A stretch of 64,000 bases of DNA from a virus (IMGVR_UViG_3300031867_000048:854-64853), one strand, 5' to 3'. Positions 46,024 through 55,695 are shown, counted from the first letter of the stretch. The notes: a model not told the origin generated them from the letters alone. Program-made: numbers and translations.

Positions 46024-46473
46024 ATGGAGATAGCAGAGATATACTACAAGGCGAAAGACGGTAAGATATTTACTGACCCGTTGGAGTGTGAGGAATACGA
46101 AAAGAAAATCGGTATTCTGGACGGCTCCGTAGGCGACCTTATCCACACACTGGAGAAGGTTGCGCAACCCAAAGACTATATCTTTGGTATAGCATTGGTA
46201 AGGAAGCCTAACGGTGCTGCCAACGTGTATACACGCTGTACGGCATACATAGGTCACAAGCTGGAGGATTACGTAAACGTGGAAAACCTGAGCAAGGAAC
46301 AGCTTTACGAGAGTGCTACCGTTGACGATTTGATTCAGGCATTGAAGCAAGAAGACAAAGACCTACCATGTCAGTGGTTTCTGATATGGTCTGAGAATAT
46401 AGACATGCATGGATTTAGCATGATGTCAAACTACAACAAGGCTGCATGGCCAAAGGACGAAGACAAGAAGTAA
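46024..46473 (+). CDS. Hypothetical protein
   Basis: YYKAKDGKIFTDPLECEEYE N-terminal motif common in phage early genes. Confidence 0.7.
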   Translation: MEIAEIYYKAKDGKIFTDPLECEEYEKKIGILDGSVGDLIHTLEKVAQPKDYIFGIALVRKPNGAANVYTRCTAYIGHKLEDYVNVENLSKEQLYESATVDDLIQALKQEDKDLPCQWFLIWSENIDMHGFSMMSNYNKAAWPKDEDKK

Positions 46474-46499
46474 TTACATAATTTTAAAACGTAACAATT

Positions 46500-46982
46500 A
46501 TGAGAAGTAGAACAGCAAACTGGTTCATCTGCAAAATCCGCTATGAGAAGACCATGGAGGATGGCTTGCAGAAGAAAGTGACAGAACAGTATGTAGTGGA
46601 TGCCCTGAGCTTTACTGAGGCTGAGGCACGCATCATTGAACAGATGTCCGCTTACATAAGCGGAGAGTTTGAAGTGGTGGAGATTGATCGCTGCCAGTTC
46701 CATGAGGTATTCTTCAGCGACGAAGAGATGGCCGAAAAGTGGTATAAGGCAAAGCTGCAGTTCATCACCATCGACGAAAAGACGGAGAAGGAGAAGCGCT
46801 CCACCGTCAACTATCTGGTACAGGCTGGCAGCTTTGAGGGTGCACGAAAGAACATTGATGAAGTCATGGGAGGCACCATGATTGACTATGTCATCAACAC
46901 CGTCAAAGAGACTGTCATCATGGACGTGTTTGAATATGTGGCCACTAAACAAGAAGAAAATCATCCTGAGTATGAAAAATAA
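46500..46982 (+). CDS. DUF4494 family protein
   Basis: WFICKIRYEKTMEDGLQKKVTEQYVVDALSFTEAEARI...WYKAKL. Confidence 0.88.
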   Translation: MRSRTANWFICKIRYEKTMEDGLQKKVTEQYVVDALSFTEAEARIIEQMSAYISGEFEVVEIDRCQFHEVFFSDEEMAEKWYKAKLQFITIDEKTEKEKRSTVNYLVQAGSFEGARKNIDEVMGGTMIDYVINTVKETVIMDVFEYVATKQEENHPEYEK

Positions 46983-47011
46983 ATATTAACCCTTTAAATT
47001 CAATAAACATT

Positions 47012-47323
47012 ATGAACGAAGTAATCGGAAAGAAAGTGATTATCCGTGCAAACCGTGCGGGAGTGTTCTTCGGAACATTGAAAGACAAACAGTACACCCC
47101 AGCAGGTGTAGAGGTTAAACTGGAGAATAGCCGTCGCATCTGGTACTGGAAAGGTGCTGCCAGCCTCAGCCAGATGGCAACAGAGGGAGTGAAGGAACCT
47201 GAGAGTTGTAAATTCTCTGTCGTAGTGCCCAGTCACATTGTTGAGCAAGTCATTGAGATCATTCCCTGCAGCGACGAAGCTATCAACTCTATTGAGAACG
47301 TGCGAGTATGGAGAAACCATTAG
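47012..47323 (+). CDS. DUF6948-like protein
   Basis: VIIRANRAGVFFG..SRRIWYWKGAASLSQMATEGV. Confidence 0.8.
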   Translation: MNEVIGKKVIIRANRAGVFFGTLKDKQYTPAGVEVKLENSRRIWYWKGAASLSQMATEGVKEPESCKFSVVVPSHIVEQVIEIIPCSDEAINSIENVRVWRNH

Positions 47324-48060
47324 ACGAACAGATTAAGCAGTTCCTTGCCGTAAGCTATGGCTCTGGCTATGGCTCTGGCGATGGCTCTGGCTATGGCTCT
47401 GGCTATGGCTCTGGCGATGGCTCTGGCTATGGCGATGGCTCTGGCTATGGCTCTGGCTCTGGCGATGGCGATGGCGATGGCTCTGGCGATGGCTCTGGCG
47501 ATGGCTATGGCGATGGCTATGGCGATGGCTATGGCGATGGCTATGGCGATGGCTCTGGCTATGGCGATGGCTATGGCGATGGCGATGACATCCCTGAGTT
47601 CAACAATCAGAAGGTATATTGTGTTGACGGTGTAGCTACACTGATAGATTCCGTACATAGGAACTACGCTAAAGGACGCATCCTGAATAACGACTTCACT
47701 ACGACGGACTGCTACATTGCAAAGGTCGGCAACTACTTTGCTCATGGTTCTACATTGGAACAGGCATTACATGATGCAGCTGCCAAGTACGAAGAAAACC
47801 TGCCAGTAGAAGAGCGCATCAGTCTGTTCCTGCATCAGTACCCTGATCCTGACGTGAAGATACCTGCCAAGGAACTATACGACTGGCACCATAAGCTCAC
47901 CGGTTCATGCACCGCTGGACGCAACCATTTTGCCCAGGAACATGGGATTGATATTGAACACGACCAGTTTACCGTCCGTGAGTTTATCGCGCTCACAGAA
48001 AATTCCTATGGCAGTGACGTTATCAAGCAACTCAAAGAAGCTGTAAAAAGCAATAAATAA
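47308..48060 (+). CDS. Gly-X (GS/GY/GD) repeat protein with globular C-terminal domain
   Basis: 38 G-X dipeptides, then ..FAHG..WHHKLTGSCTAGR..; overlaps the DUF6948-like gene by 16 nt. Confidence 0.8.
   Translation: MEKPLDEQIKQFLAVSYGSGYGSGDGSGYGSGYGSGDGSGYGDGSGYGSGSGDGDGDGSGDGSGDGYGDGYGDGYGDGYGDGSGYGDGYGDGDDIPEFNNQKVYCVDGVATLIDSVHRNYAKGRILNNDFTTTDCYIAKVGNYFAHGSTLEQALHDAAAKYEENLPVEERISLFLHQYPDPDVKIPAKELYDWHHKLTGSCTAGRNHFAQEHGIDIEHDQFTVREFIALTENSYGSDVIKQLKEAVKSNK
47359..47586 (+). repeat. Hexamer array of GGCTCT / GGCTAT / GGCGAT, 38 units
   Basis: Read directly; only three hexamer types are used. Confidence 0.95.
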
Positions 48061-48083
48061 CTCTTTTAAAACAACAAGTAATT

Positions 48084-48530
48084 ATGTTACAAATGACACA
48101 GTACACAGGGACAAAGACCATCAAGGCATGTCCCATGACTCTTGGCGAAGCCGAGAAAGTATTAGGACGCAGCATCGACACATCCTCAGTAGAAGACCGC
48201 AACAGCACACCTGGCTACTTGGTGGAGTATTCCGACGGCTACCGTTCATGGTCACCCAAGGAAATCTTTGAGCGCTCCTACCGTATCAGCGAGACACACA
48301 TTGACCGTATGCTCATTGAGAAAGAGGAACTTGAAAAGCGTTTCCTGGCTGGACGCAAATTCACATTCTCTAGCAAGTTTGCATCACTTTCAGAGTTACA
48401 GAAGAAGCTTCTGCGTAAACAGCTTGACATCATGGAGAGTTACCTCTATACACTATGCGAGCGTATCGGTGTAGATGTAGCCATCGAAACTGAACGTAAC
48501 GGATGTGGTGACCCCTTACCACATGAGTAA
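48084..48530 (+). CDS. Phage protein with C-terminal crAss001_48-like domain
   Basis: GYLVEYSDGYRSWSPKEIFE; RMLIEKEEL..LLRKQLDIMESY. Confidence 0.75.
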   Translation: MLQMTQYTGTKTIKACPMTLGEAEKVLGRSIDTSSVEDRNSTPGYLVEYSDGYRSWSPKEIFERSYRISETHIDRMLIEKEELEKRFLAGRKFTFSSKFASLSELQKKLLRKQLDIMESYLYTLCERIGVDVAIETERNGCGDPLPHE

Positions 48531-48537
48531 CTGACAT

Positions 48538-48576
48538 CAGGGCGACCACTTTTCGTCGTTTTCCCTGGTCGCCCTG
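48538..48576 (+). terminator. Hairpin / probable terminator
   Basis: CAGGGCGACCA...TGGTCGCCCTG. Confidence 0.55.
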
Positions 48577-48594
48577 CTATTTACCTACTAGTAT

Positions 48595-48786
48595 ATGACC
48601 AAGCATCTTGATACTCTCTATGTGGTGACAGGCATCTCTAGGCTGACTGGCGAACGTGAGAACGTCAGCAAGCCTGCACCCATCATCAAGGCGATAAAGC
48701 TGTGTAGCAAGTGGAAGAAGAAGCCTGCCTGCAAGCGTGCTTATCTCTGGCTAAGAGTGGAACCTTTTTACCCCCCTATTCTGTAA
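48595..48786 (+). CDS. Small hypothetical protein
   Basis: YVVTGISRLTGERENVS motif. Confidence 0.65.
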   Translation: MTKHLDTLYVVTGISRLTGERENVSKPAPIIKAIKLCSKWKKKPACKRAYLWLRVEPFYPPIL

Positions 48787-48801
48787 TCAATAAGTAAGAC
48801 T

Positions 48802-49317
48802 ATGCCTTTCAAAGTAAGATACGACATCTATGAGCCGAACAAGCAGGCTCCCTGCATACAGACCTTCGACCGCATGTACGCATGGGCAGAGCTGAACGAC
48901 CGCCAAAAGAAGCCTGGCATGGCGCTCACCCGCATGACAACGACTGTCATTCCTGAAGAGCTGACAAGTGCTGAGCAATACCTCTACCTGGTCTATCAGG
49001 TGCGTAGTCTGCAGAAGCGCTACTGGGCCAACGGCAAACAAAAGGACGATCTGCTGGCGTCACTGGCCAAGGAGAAAGAGCTAGACAACAAGAATTCCAA
49101 TATCCGCTACCACTTGCAGGAGCATCCCAAGTACCGCATCGACGATACTGCTGCATACCAGTTCTTTATCACCGTTGAAGACTGGCGTACTAAATGGAAA
49201 GCTTATTTTGCGGCCAAGAAGAGTGGCGACCATAAAGCTTCAGCAGAGTTGTATATGGCTTGCCGTGACTTAGAGAAAAGAATAGACGAACACATCAAAC
49301 AAGTAATAGGACTATGA
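48802..49317 (+). CDS. Hypothetical protein
   Basis: 171-aa ORF. Confidence 0.7.
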   Translation: MPFKVRYDIYEPNKQAPCIQTFDRMYAWAELNDRQKKPGMALTRMTTTVIPEELTSAEQYLYLVYQVRSLQKRYWANGKQKDDLLASLAKEKELDNKNSNIRYHLQEHPKYRIDDTAAYQFFITVEDWRTKWKAYFAAKKSGDHKASAELYMACRDLEKRIDEHIKQVIGL

Positions 49318-49598
49318 ACACAGCAAGAACCACCACTTCCGCTACTTCTCCAGCAGGCAAGTATATCACCGTCACCATCGACGTGATGATACACGGAGGA
49401 CGGACCTTCTACAAGCAGTTGCACTACAAGCACTGCTCGCTCTATCGCTTCGACAACTCCGCACTGTCGGCAATGGCACAATGGATTGCTGACATGCTGC
49501 CGTCTGTCAACACTCGCTCTGACGTTGTCTGCTTCTGCAAGATGCCAAGTGGCGAAGAGGCTGTTATCAGTTTCAATCAACAATCAAAGAGAAATTAA
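49314..49598 (+). CDS. Hypothetical protein
   Basis: Overlapping start/stop coupling. Confidence 0.65.
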   Translation: MNTARTTTSATSPAGKYITVTIDVMIHGGRTFYKQLHYKHCSLYRFDNSALSAMAQWIADMLPSVNTRSDVVCFCKMPSGEEAVISFNQQSKRN

Positions 49599-49601
49599 CG
49601 C

Positions 49602-50096
49602 ATGACTACGATACCACCATTCAACCCAGAAGCAGAGGACATAAAGCGCTCCGTCCGCTATATCCTTGACAATGCACCCATCCAGCACCTCACAGAGGAA
49701 GAAGTGCTGACAACCATCAGGCTGCTACAGCTGGAGGTATGGCTACAAAGTTCAAAGCTCTCACGCTACAGTGTTACCATCTACCAAGACGATGAACGCT
49801 TGCAGAGCCTTACGGACGATGACCGCTTGCTGGCTATGCTGCTGCACTGTCGCTGCCGCAACAATCTACTCTTGCAGTACAAGCTACTGCTGTGGGCCTT
49901 TGGTCATACCGAATATCACTGGAAGAAGGTCGTCAAGCGCTGTCCCATCATTGAGATGACTTCCCAGACCGTCAATGGCCAGTATGGTGGCCGATACCTG
50001 GGCAAAGGTTATGTCATTGCCAAGCATATCCAGTCACTACGCACTTGGATCATACAGCACAGCAACAAAGAAGAATACAAACAACTAAAAGCGTAA
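49602..50096 (+). CDS. Hypothetical protein
   Basis: 164-aa ORF. Confidence 0.65.
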   Translation: MTTIPPFNPEAEDIKRSVRYILDNAPIQHLTEEEVLTTIRLLQLEVWLQSSKLSRYSVTIYQDDERLQSLTDDDRLLAMLLHCRCRNNLLLQYKLLLWAFGHTEYHWKKVVKRCPIIEMTSQTVNGQYGGRYLGKGYVIAKHIQSLRTWIIQHSNKEEYKQLKA

Positions 50097-50101
50097 CACA
50101 C

Positions 50102-50392
50102 ATGCCAAGAAAGAAACTATCAGAAATGACGTGTCTTGAACGAGCAGATAAGATACTTGGAGGCCGTACATTGGAAGAAGCAGAAGAGGCAGGTGTCGAA
50201 ATTCTTGCACGCTGCATGGCTCTTCACGTCTATGCACGCAAGGATGGGGAGGAATGGTTTAAAGACGTAATGCGTCGTATTGCGGAACGTGGCGACCAGT
50301 GGGCGCATGAAGGGAACCATCCTACTCTCCTTGCCTTTGCTGCTGTCGGGTATAAATACGAAAAGGAACAACAAGCTAAAAAATCGAATTAA
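50102..50392 (+). CDS. Hypothetical protein
   Basis: ATG at 50102, 5 nt after the previous stop. Confidence 0.6.
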   Translation: MPRKKLSEMTCLERADKILGGRTLEEAEEAGVEILARCMALHVYARKDGEEWFKDVMRRIAERGDQWAHEGNHPTLLAFAAVGYKYEKEQQAKKSN

Positions 50393-50394
50393 CT

Positions 50395-50805
50395 ATGAAA
50401 CTGATAGACAAAGATACTGTAGTAACAGAGATTGAGCGTCGTATAAACAACATCATACGTACGCCAGAAGAGGAAGCAGAGCTAAAGCAAAACTTCCCAG
50501 ACCAATACGGTATTATCCTTGGCTACCGTGCTGCTCTTTCCATCCTTGACAAGGAACAAGATTTAGTTTACTCGACACCCTCAAAGTGGAAGCCGAGTGA
50601 AGAGCAGATGAAGGTTTGTAATAAAGACTTTGAATCATATATGAAGGAGAATAGTATGACAGACAAAGAGATAATAAAAACAGTTGACGGTATTGTGTTT
50701 GCTCAACTTGAAGAAGGAGAAATAATGGTTCGAAGCCATTATTTCAAGTCAGAGAGTTTGAAATACTTAGACGAAGTGAAAATGATAATCGTTAAGGAGG
50801 ACTAA
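50395..50805 (+). CDS. Hypothetical protein
   Basis: MKLIDKDTVVTEIERR start and WKPSEEQM motif common in Prevotella phages. Confidence 0.65.
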   Translation: MKLIDKDTVVTEIERRINNIIRTPEEEAELKQNFPDQYGIILGYRAALSILDKEQDLVYSTPSKWKPSEEQMKVCNKDFESYMKENSMTDKEIIKTVDGIVFAQLEEGEIMVRSHYFKSESLKYLDEVKMIIVKED

Positions 50806-50808
50806 GAT

Positions 50809-51249
50809 ATGACAGCAAAGGAACTATTGGAATTTATACGGCTGAAATGGAAAATTGGAAGCCGTATGGTAGAGGTCACGGAAACGATGGACTTACAAGA
50901 AGCGAGCGAGACCTATGCGAAGTACGTGTGCAAGATGTATGGATGGGAGCCTCGATTCTTTAGCGATTACACTAACCATTTCTGCTCTATCGATCTTGCA
51001 TTCATGGACGGTTACATCAAGGCAATGCACGACAACGGCTACGAGTTCAAGAACGGCTTGGTAAAGAAGCGCGACATCACGAACGATATGCCGTGCGGTG
51101 CGCTCGACTACTACCGCAAGGATGCCATCGCAGACACGAAGGCAAAGGCAGTCGAGGTTCTGAAACGAGTGATGGAGAAGTACGAATCATCGAAGCAGAA
51201 CATCAACGTGATTGTGAATGCTTTCGAGAAAGAGATTAAGGAGGACTAA
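50809..51249 (+). CDS. Hypothetical protein
   Basis: 146-aa ORF. Confidence 0.65.
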   Translation: MTAKELLEFIRLKWKIGSRMVEVTETMDLQEASETYAKYVCKMYGWEPRFFSDYTNHFCSIDLAFMDGYIKAMHDNGYEFKNGLVKKRDITNDMPCGALDYYRKDAIADTKAKAVEVLKRVMEKYESSKQNINVIVNAFEKEIKED

Positions 51250-51251
51250 CT

Positions 51252-51470
51252 ATGAAAGCAAGAAATAAACATGCTGGAGAAGAATGCGAAGTCTGGTGGC
51301 TTTGTTGTGATTGTGGCAGAAAGTGTGCTGCAACAGATAAGCCAAACTATCAGGACGATGCAGGATATTGGAACTACAATGCTGTAGTAGATGATTACGA
51401 GTTTCTGACCAAGGACGGTTGGGTAGATGGACTAGATTATATTAAGAACCCTTATAGTTACCGATTATGA
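51252..51470 (+). CDS. Small Cys-containing hypothetical protein
   Basis: 72 aa with CCDC..C. Confidence 0.6.
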   Translation: MKARNKHAGEECEVWWLCCDCGRKCAATDKPNYQDDAGYWNYNAVVDDYEFLTKDGWVDGLDYIKNPYSYRL

Positions 51471-51751
51471 CAGACACTTTACGTTTTTACACATTCCTGG
51501 CACTGCTTGTATGGTTTGTCGTATGGCTTGCCATCGTTGCCGTACTAAGAGCCACACAGAGCGAAAAGGAAAAGCAGGATGAAACATACTGCGCTATCCA
51601 CAACATACCATTTATGAGCACGACAGAGTGCTGGACGGGTATCTCTATATTCTGGCCTGTACTCTTGTTACTCATTCCCTTCTTTTTACTCTACAAAGCA
51701 ATTTACAACTTAACAAAGAAATATACAGCACATGAAAAAGATAATGTTTGA
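51467..51751 (+). CDS. Small membrane protein
   Basis: Two hydrophobic segments. Confidence 0.6.
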   Translation: MTDTLRFYTFLALLVWFVVWLAIVAVLRATQSEKEKQDETYCAIHNIPFMSTTECWTGISIFWPVLLLLIPFFLLYKAIYNLTKKYTAHEKDNV

Positions 51752-52334
51752 TAACCACTACGGACTAGAGTCTGCCGTACTGTATGGCACAAAAACTATG
51801 ACTCGACGGATTGCTACAAAATGTAATGGTGAGATAAAAGGTATCGAGAAATTCATTTCGGATGTTGGTAATTTTGAAACTGCCTCAAGATACGTCATAC
51901 AAAAATTTGCCAAGTACAAAGTTGGCGACGTGGTGGCTATTGCACAGTCATATAAAGAAGCAGGCTACGACGAAGACATTAAAGTCCGCTGTAAGGGTAA
52001 ATGGCACGTTATCGGTTTTACTGCAGGATGGGAAAATAAGATGTTCGTCCGTGCCGACGAAATGCCTCACCAGATACAAATCACAGACGTAAAGCTGGAG
52101 CGCCTACAGGACATCACAGACGAAGACTGTAGGAAGGAAGGTATACAGAAGATTAACTTTGATTTATGTGATTTCAAAGGTGTCAGATATAGTTACGGTG
52201 GTATGACGGGCGACATTACCCGTCACCTTACTCCACGCGATGCTTTCCATGAACTTATATGCAAACTCTCAGGCAAAAATATCTGGATTGACAACCCTTA
52301 CGTATTCGCTTACACATTCAAACTCATTAAATAA
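51732..52334 (+). CDS. ASCH-like phage protein
   Basis: KTMTRRI..YKVGDVVAIAQSY..MFVRADEMP..VKLERLQDITDEDC..EGI..NPYVFAYTF. Confidence 0.75.
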   Translation: MKKIMFDNHYGLESAVLYGTKTMTRRIATKCNGEIKGIEKFISDVGNFETASRYVIQKFAKYKVGDVVAIAQSYKEAGYDEDIKVRCKGKWHVIGFTAGWENKMFVRADEMPHQIQITDVKLERLQDITDEDCRKEGIQKINFDLCDFKGVRYSYGGMTGDITRHLTPRDAFHELICKLSGKNIWIDNPYVFAYTFKLIK

Positions 52335-52338
52335 CATC

Positions 52339-52965
52339 ATGATGACTCTTGGCACAACAGTATATTTGGCATGGTACGACTTCCAGAAGCAGACGGAACA
52401 CATCTGCAAAGGTGAGGTGGTTGACAATGAGCTGTGGGCTGGCACCAAGCAGGCAGACATGATCAATGTCAGCTTCCAGCCGCCTGGTATGAAAGCACCC
52501 ATCTGCCACCACTTTACTGCTGATAAGCTTTCTGAAGATGCTACCAACGTCCCCCACGACGACTGTTACCTTGTCTGTGGCAAAAAGACCCGTGCTTTTG
52601 AGCACGACCACACTGTGCGACGTGGCTCCGTCACGTCGGCCACCTCTCCCTCCGATGCCTGGCAACGTAAGGAACAGTTTAAGGCAGACCATTGGGACTA
52701 TGAGCACGGCCACCTGTGGCTGGAATACCTCGACGAGTTCTACCAGCTCTGGCGTGATGCCATTGCAGCAAAGCTTGGCTATCCATCACAGTGTCCGACG
52801 GTTTCCCCTTCGGTTCCAGACCAGCCTGTACCGAAAAGTGCTCCAGTCACTCTGCCGTCACATAAGGAAGCCACCACTCCTGCTGCATCTCCAGCAGGAA
52901 AGCGCAAGCGCACCACTGGAACTATCACATATAACGACTCAATACAAACCTCATTATTCGAATAA
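52339..52965 (+). CDS. Hypothetical protein with low-complexity linkers
   Basis: Contains in-frame palindromic elements. Confidence 0.65.
   Translation: MMTLGTTVYLAWYDFQKQTEHICKGEVVDNELWAGTKQADMINVSFQPPGMKAPICHHFTADKLSEDATNVPHDDCYLVCGKKTRAFEHDHTVRRGSVTSATSPSDAWQRKEQFKADHWDYEHGHLWLEYLDEFYQLWRDAIAAKLGYPSQCPTVSPSVPDQPVPKSAPVTLPSHKEATTPAASPAGKRKRTTGTITYNDSIQTSLFE
52614..52638 (+). repeat. Footed hairpin in an early gene
   Basis: TGTG-CGACGTG-GCTCCGT-CACGTCG (perfect stem). Confidence 0.8.
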
Positions 52966-52969
52966 CATT

Positions 52970-53281
52970 ATGAAAAAGATTTTATTACTTATCGCAATCT
53001 CCTTGGCATGCATGTCAAATTCAAAGTGTGATAACGGTTTTTCCTTTGAGAATGACGAATGCACTTACTTGGTACTTGACAAAGGTAGCGAAGTCGGCTC
53101 TCATTTCAACATGTTCCACAAGGATGGATTTGAAGTGAGCACAGATTACTTTGTAACGTTTAAAAACACAAAGACTGGCCACGTTTTTGTACACAAATTC
53201 AGAGAGGGGAAGGATTATTACATGTTCCAAAAAGGTAAGACTTACAAGTGTAGGCGATTCCACGAAGACAATAAATACTAA
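52970..53281 (+). CDS. Secreted or lipoprotein-like hypothetical protein
   Basis: MKKILLLIAISLAC signal-like N-terminus; AT-rich. Confidence 0.6.
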   Translation: MKKILLLIAISLACMSNSKCDNGFSFENDECTYLVLDKGSEVGSHFNMFHKDGFEVSTDYFVTFKNTKTGHVFVHKFREGKDYYMFQKGKTYKCRRFHEDNKY

Positions 53282-53287
53282 ATAATT

Positions 53288-53896
53288 ATGAAGAAAGAAG
53301 ACTTTATCGGCAAGTTCATCTTGCGTGCAGGCGACCTGAAACCTGAAGAGATAACGCCATACTACTGGCATAGTCAGGGTATCACCATCTCCTACTGTCA
53401 GTACCTGAAATCTATCGGTTTGCTCTTCAATGACAAAGAGGATGCAGAACAGCATTACAGGTGCATCATGGGTAGCATGAAGATGCCAAGTATCCATACC
53501 AAGTCAAACCCTATACCAATCCCTCAATATGCCAAATATATTAAGGCTGTCAAGCCTCGCATCTATCTCTCAGGCCCTATCAGCAATCACGACCTGGAAG
53601 AGCGCCGTCAAGCATTCAAGAAAGCACAAACGGTACTGGAGGCAGAAGGTTTTACCGTGTTCAATCCTATGGAGAATGGTTTGTCCGCTGAGGCTACCAC
53701 CCACGACCATATGCACCGCGACCTTGCCGTGCTTACCAACGAAGACATTCCTTTCACCGCTATCTATATGATGACTGGCTGGCTCCATTCTGCTGGTTGC
53801 AAGTTGGAGTTTGACGTGGCAACAGCTATCGGCCTCAGCGTCATCATGGAAATAGATGAACAAAACACCAACTCAGTATTAATCAATTTCAAATAA
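53288..53896 (+). CDS. DUF4406 (nucleoside 2-deoxyribosyltransferase-like) protein
   Basis: RIYLSGPIS..F..AQ..L..GFTVFNP..IYMMTGWLHSAGCKLEFDVA. Confidence 0.85.
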   Translation: MKKEDFIGKFILRAGDLKPEEITPYYWHSQGITISYCQYLKSIGLLFNDKEDAEQHYRCIMGSMKMPSIHTKSNPIPIPQYAKYIKAVKPRIYLSGPISNHDLEERRQAFKKAQTVLEAEGFTVFNPMENGLSAEATTHDHMHRDLAVLTNEDIPFTAIYMMTGWLHSAGCKLEFDVATAIGLSVIMEIDEQNTNSVLINFK

Positions 53897-53900
53897 CATT

Positions 53901-54311
53901 ATGAACAGAACATTAGACCTCCTCTGGCTCCGTATCCGTGAATACTTCAAGCATCCTGCCGAAGACATCCGTACGGCCAATCCCGTCGTTCCTGGACGTC
54001 TCTACAACAGCTTTGGATACATTATCAAGGCCGTACCACTTACTGAGCGTGAAGCGCTCTTCATTAAACAGTCTGCTGACCGTGGTGCATTACCCATCGA
54101 ACTGCTGCGTGACATCAAGCATGGCCCAGATGCTATCAAGCAGATTGCACAGCTTCAGGAGATGCCAGGCTTGTCACTAACAGATCTGCCGTCGCGCTGC
54201 AACTTCTGCGACTTTCACAGACAGGGACTTCCCTGCCCCATCTACAACATTCTGCAAGACGGTTCAGTAGTATGCGACTCCCATAAGTATATCATCCTCA
54301 AAAATCAATAG
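53901..54311 (+). CDS. Hypothetical protein with C-terminal Cys cluster
   Basis: CNFCD..CP..C. Confidence 0.65.
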   Translation: MNRTLDLLWLRIREYFKHPAEDIRTANPVVPGRLYNSFGYIIKAVPLTEREALFIKQSADRGALPIELLRDIKHGPDAIKQIAQLQEMPGLSLTDLPSRCNFCDFHRQGLPCPIYNILQDGSVVCDSHKYIILKNQ

Positions 54312-54313
54312 CA

Positions 54314-55039
54314 ATGACAGAACAAAAAATCACTATCAATCGCAAGGCTCGCAAAGCCATCCAGAAGCACGTCAAGAATAAGAATAAAGACCACAAGAAG
54401 ATGGTCACGTCCGACGATGTCAAGGTAGTCTACAAAGATGACTCCTACATTGACAAAACCAAGAAGGTGTTCTCCAGCGGCATGGCTGCTGTCAAGGAAC
54501 GCCTGGCACAAAAGAATGCCAAACACGAACTTCCTGAGCGCATCATCACTGAGCGCCGTCCACTGCGTACCACCTGCCTCATCATCAACCGTGAGGGTAA
54601 AGAGCGTGCATTCCTGCCTGACAAGAAGCCATGCTACAAGATACTGGTGCATCGTTCCGTGGCCAAACACATGGTGTCGGCTGTCTGCATGCTCCTGCGA
54701 ATTGCCCGTAACCGTACCATTGAGACGGACGAATATCTGGATGGCTCATGGGCTATCACACCAGCAGAATACCGCATGATGGCCTCCACGACCATTCAGA
54801 AGGTACGCCGTCGCCCGTTCTGGTTCCTCCGTCGCTACTGGTACGAGATTTCCTTTGATGGGCGTGTGCAACCTGCTCACCTGCTCTTCGACTACGATAT
54901 CGACCCAACGGCCAAGAAAACACGCCTCTGGATTACCCGTGAATATGTGCCCATTGCTAAGACAGACCGCTTCAATGATTACTTCCGCTTCTGGCGAAAA
55001 AAGCCAAAGGATGCACACACAGGAGTTCTTCCCTGGTAA
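54314..55039 (+). CDS. Basic hypothetical protein
   Basis: 241 aa, last gene of the rightward operon. Confidence 0.7.
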   Translation: MTEQKITINRKARKAIQKHVKNKNKDHKKMVTSDDVKVVYKDDSYIDKTKKVFSSGMAAVKERLAQKNAKHELPERIITERRPLRTTCLIINREGKERAFLPDKKPCYKILVHRSVAKHMVSAVCMLLRIARNRTIETDEYLDGSWAITPAEYRMMASTTIQKVRRRPFWFLRRYWYEISFDGRVQPAHLLFDYDIDPTAKKTRLWITREYVPIAKTDRFNDYFRFWRKKPKDAHTGVLPW

Positions 55040-55047
55040 CAGCAACA

Positions 55048-55076
55048 TGGGGTGTCCCACGAAATGAGACACCCCA
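55048..55076. terminator. Bidirectional terminator between convergent operons
   Basis: TGGGGTGTC...GACACCCCA. Confidence 0.7.
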
Positions 55077-55093
55077 ACATTCTCCTGAAACAA

Positions 55094-55408
55094 TCAATTA
55101 CCTATATTGTCATCGTGTTTTTCTTCACCCAACGGCTCTTTGGGAATGGGAGGTGGCAAAGGTGATGAGCTGCCAAATCCACCACTAAGCATACCCAACA
55201 GTAACAATGGCAACACACCACTGGAAAATTCCATTTTCTCCTTGTCGCCATAGATTCTGTTGGTCAACGCATTCAGGTACATTTCCATACCAGCACGCTG
55301 ACTGTTCAGCAGGGACTTTTCTTTCTCACTCAAGGTAAAGAACTCTTCTGAGTTCATGTAGTCTACCAGCTCTAAGAGCTTTCTACATGGGAACAAATCG
55401 CCAGTCAT
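55094..55408 (-). pseudogene. N-terminally truncated crAss001_48-like gene
   Basis: CRKLLELVDYMNSEEFFTLSEKEKSLLNSQRAGMEMY lacks the usual N-terminal helix. Confidence 0.45.
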
Positions 55409-55481
55409 CTAGAACGACCTCAAAATCTGAGAGCATTTTTAACGTTCCACCTACCAATTTCAATGCTTCATACCTTTTCAT
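55383..55481 (-). pseudogene. Truncated small gene (MKRYEALKLVGGTLKMLSDFEVVLDDWRFVPM*)
   Basis: Resembles the N-half of a common ~75-aa Bacteroidales prophage protein; stops at the junction with the previous ORF. Confidence 0.4.
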
Positions 55482-55524
55482 CGTGCAAAATTTTGTTCAT
55501 TCAAAAATATTCATTACCTTTGCA

Positions 55525-55650
55525 CCCATCTCACCTCAGCATGGAATAAACCCACACACAGGAAAAAGAGGGTTACCGTCCCCTGGCTCCCGTGTGTGGG
55601 TTCGTTCATAAATGAGGTGAGATGCTTTTATGAAAGTCAGGGGACTTTTT
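55525..55650 (+). ncRNA. Candidate structured RNA (long hairpin with alternative pairing)
   Basis: Canonical promoter TTTG-N19-TACCTTTG (55515-22); stems 55527-38/55613-24 and 55549-63/55588-602; GTCCCCTG (55578-85) complementary to CAGGGGAC (55638-45). Confidence 0.6.
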
Positions 55651-55670
55651 CATTCCCCATGCTTTTCTGC

Positions 55671-55695
55671 TGTGCCCGCTGGTTCTGTCAGCGGG
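55671..55695 (+). repeat. Footed hairpin (intergenic)
   Basis: TGTG-CCCGCTG-GTTCTGT-CAGCGGG (perfect stem); a degenerate neighbour lies at 55703-55727. Confidence 0.8.

Noticed and set aside
47320-47745. AIAIARA and MAMALA repeat ORFs
   Set aside because: Alternative frames of the hexamer array.
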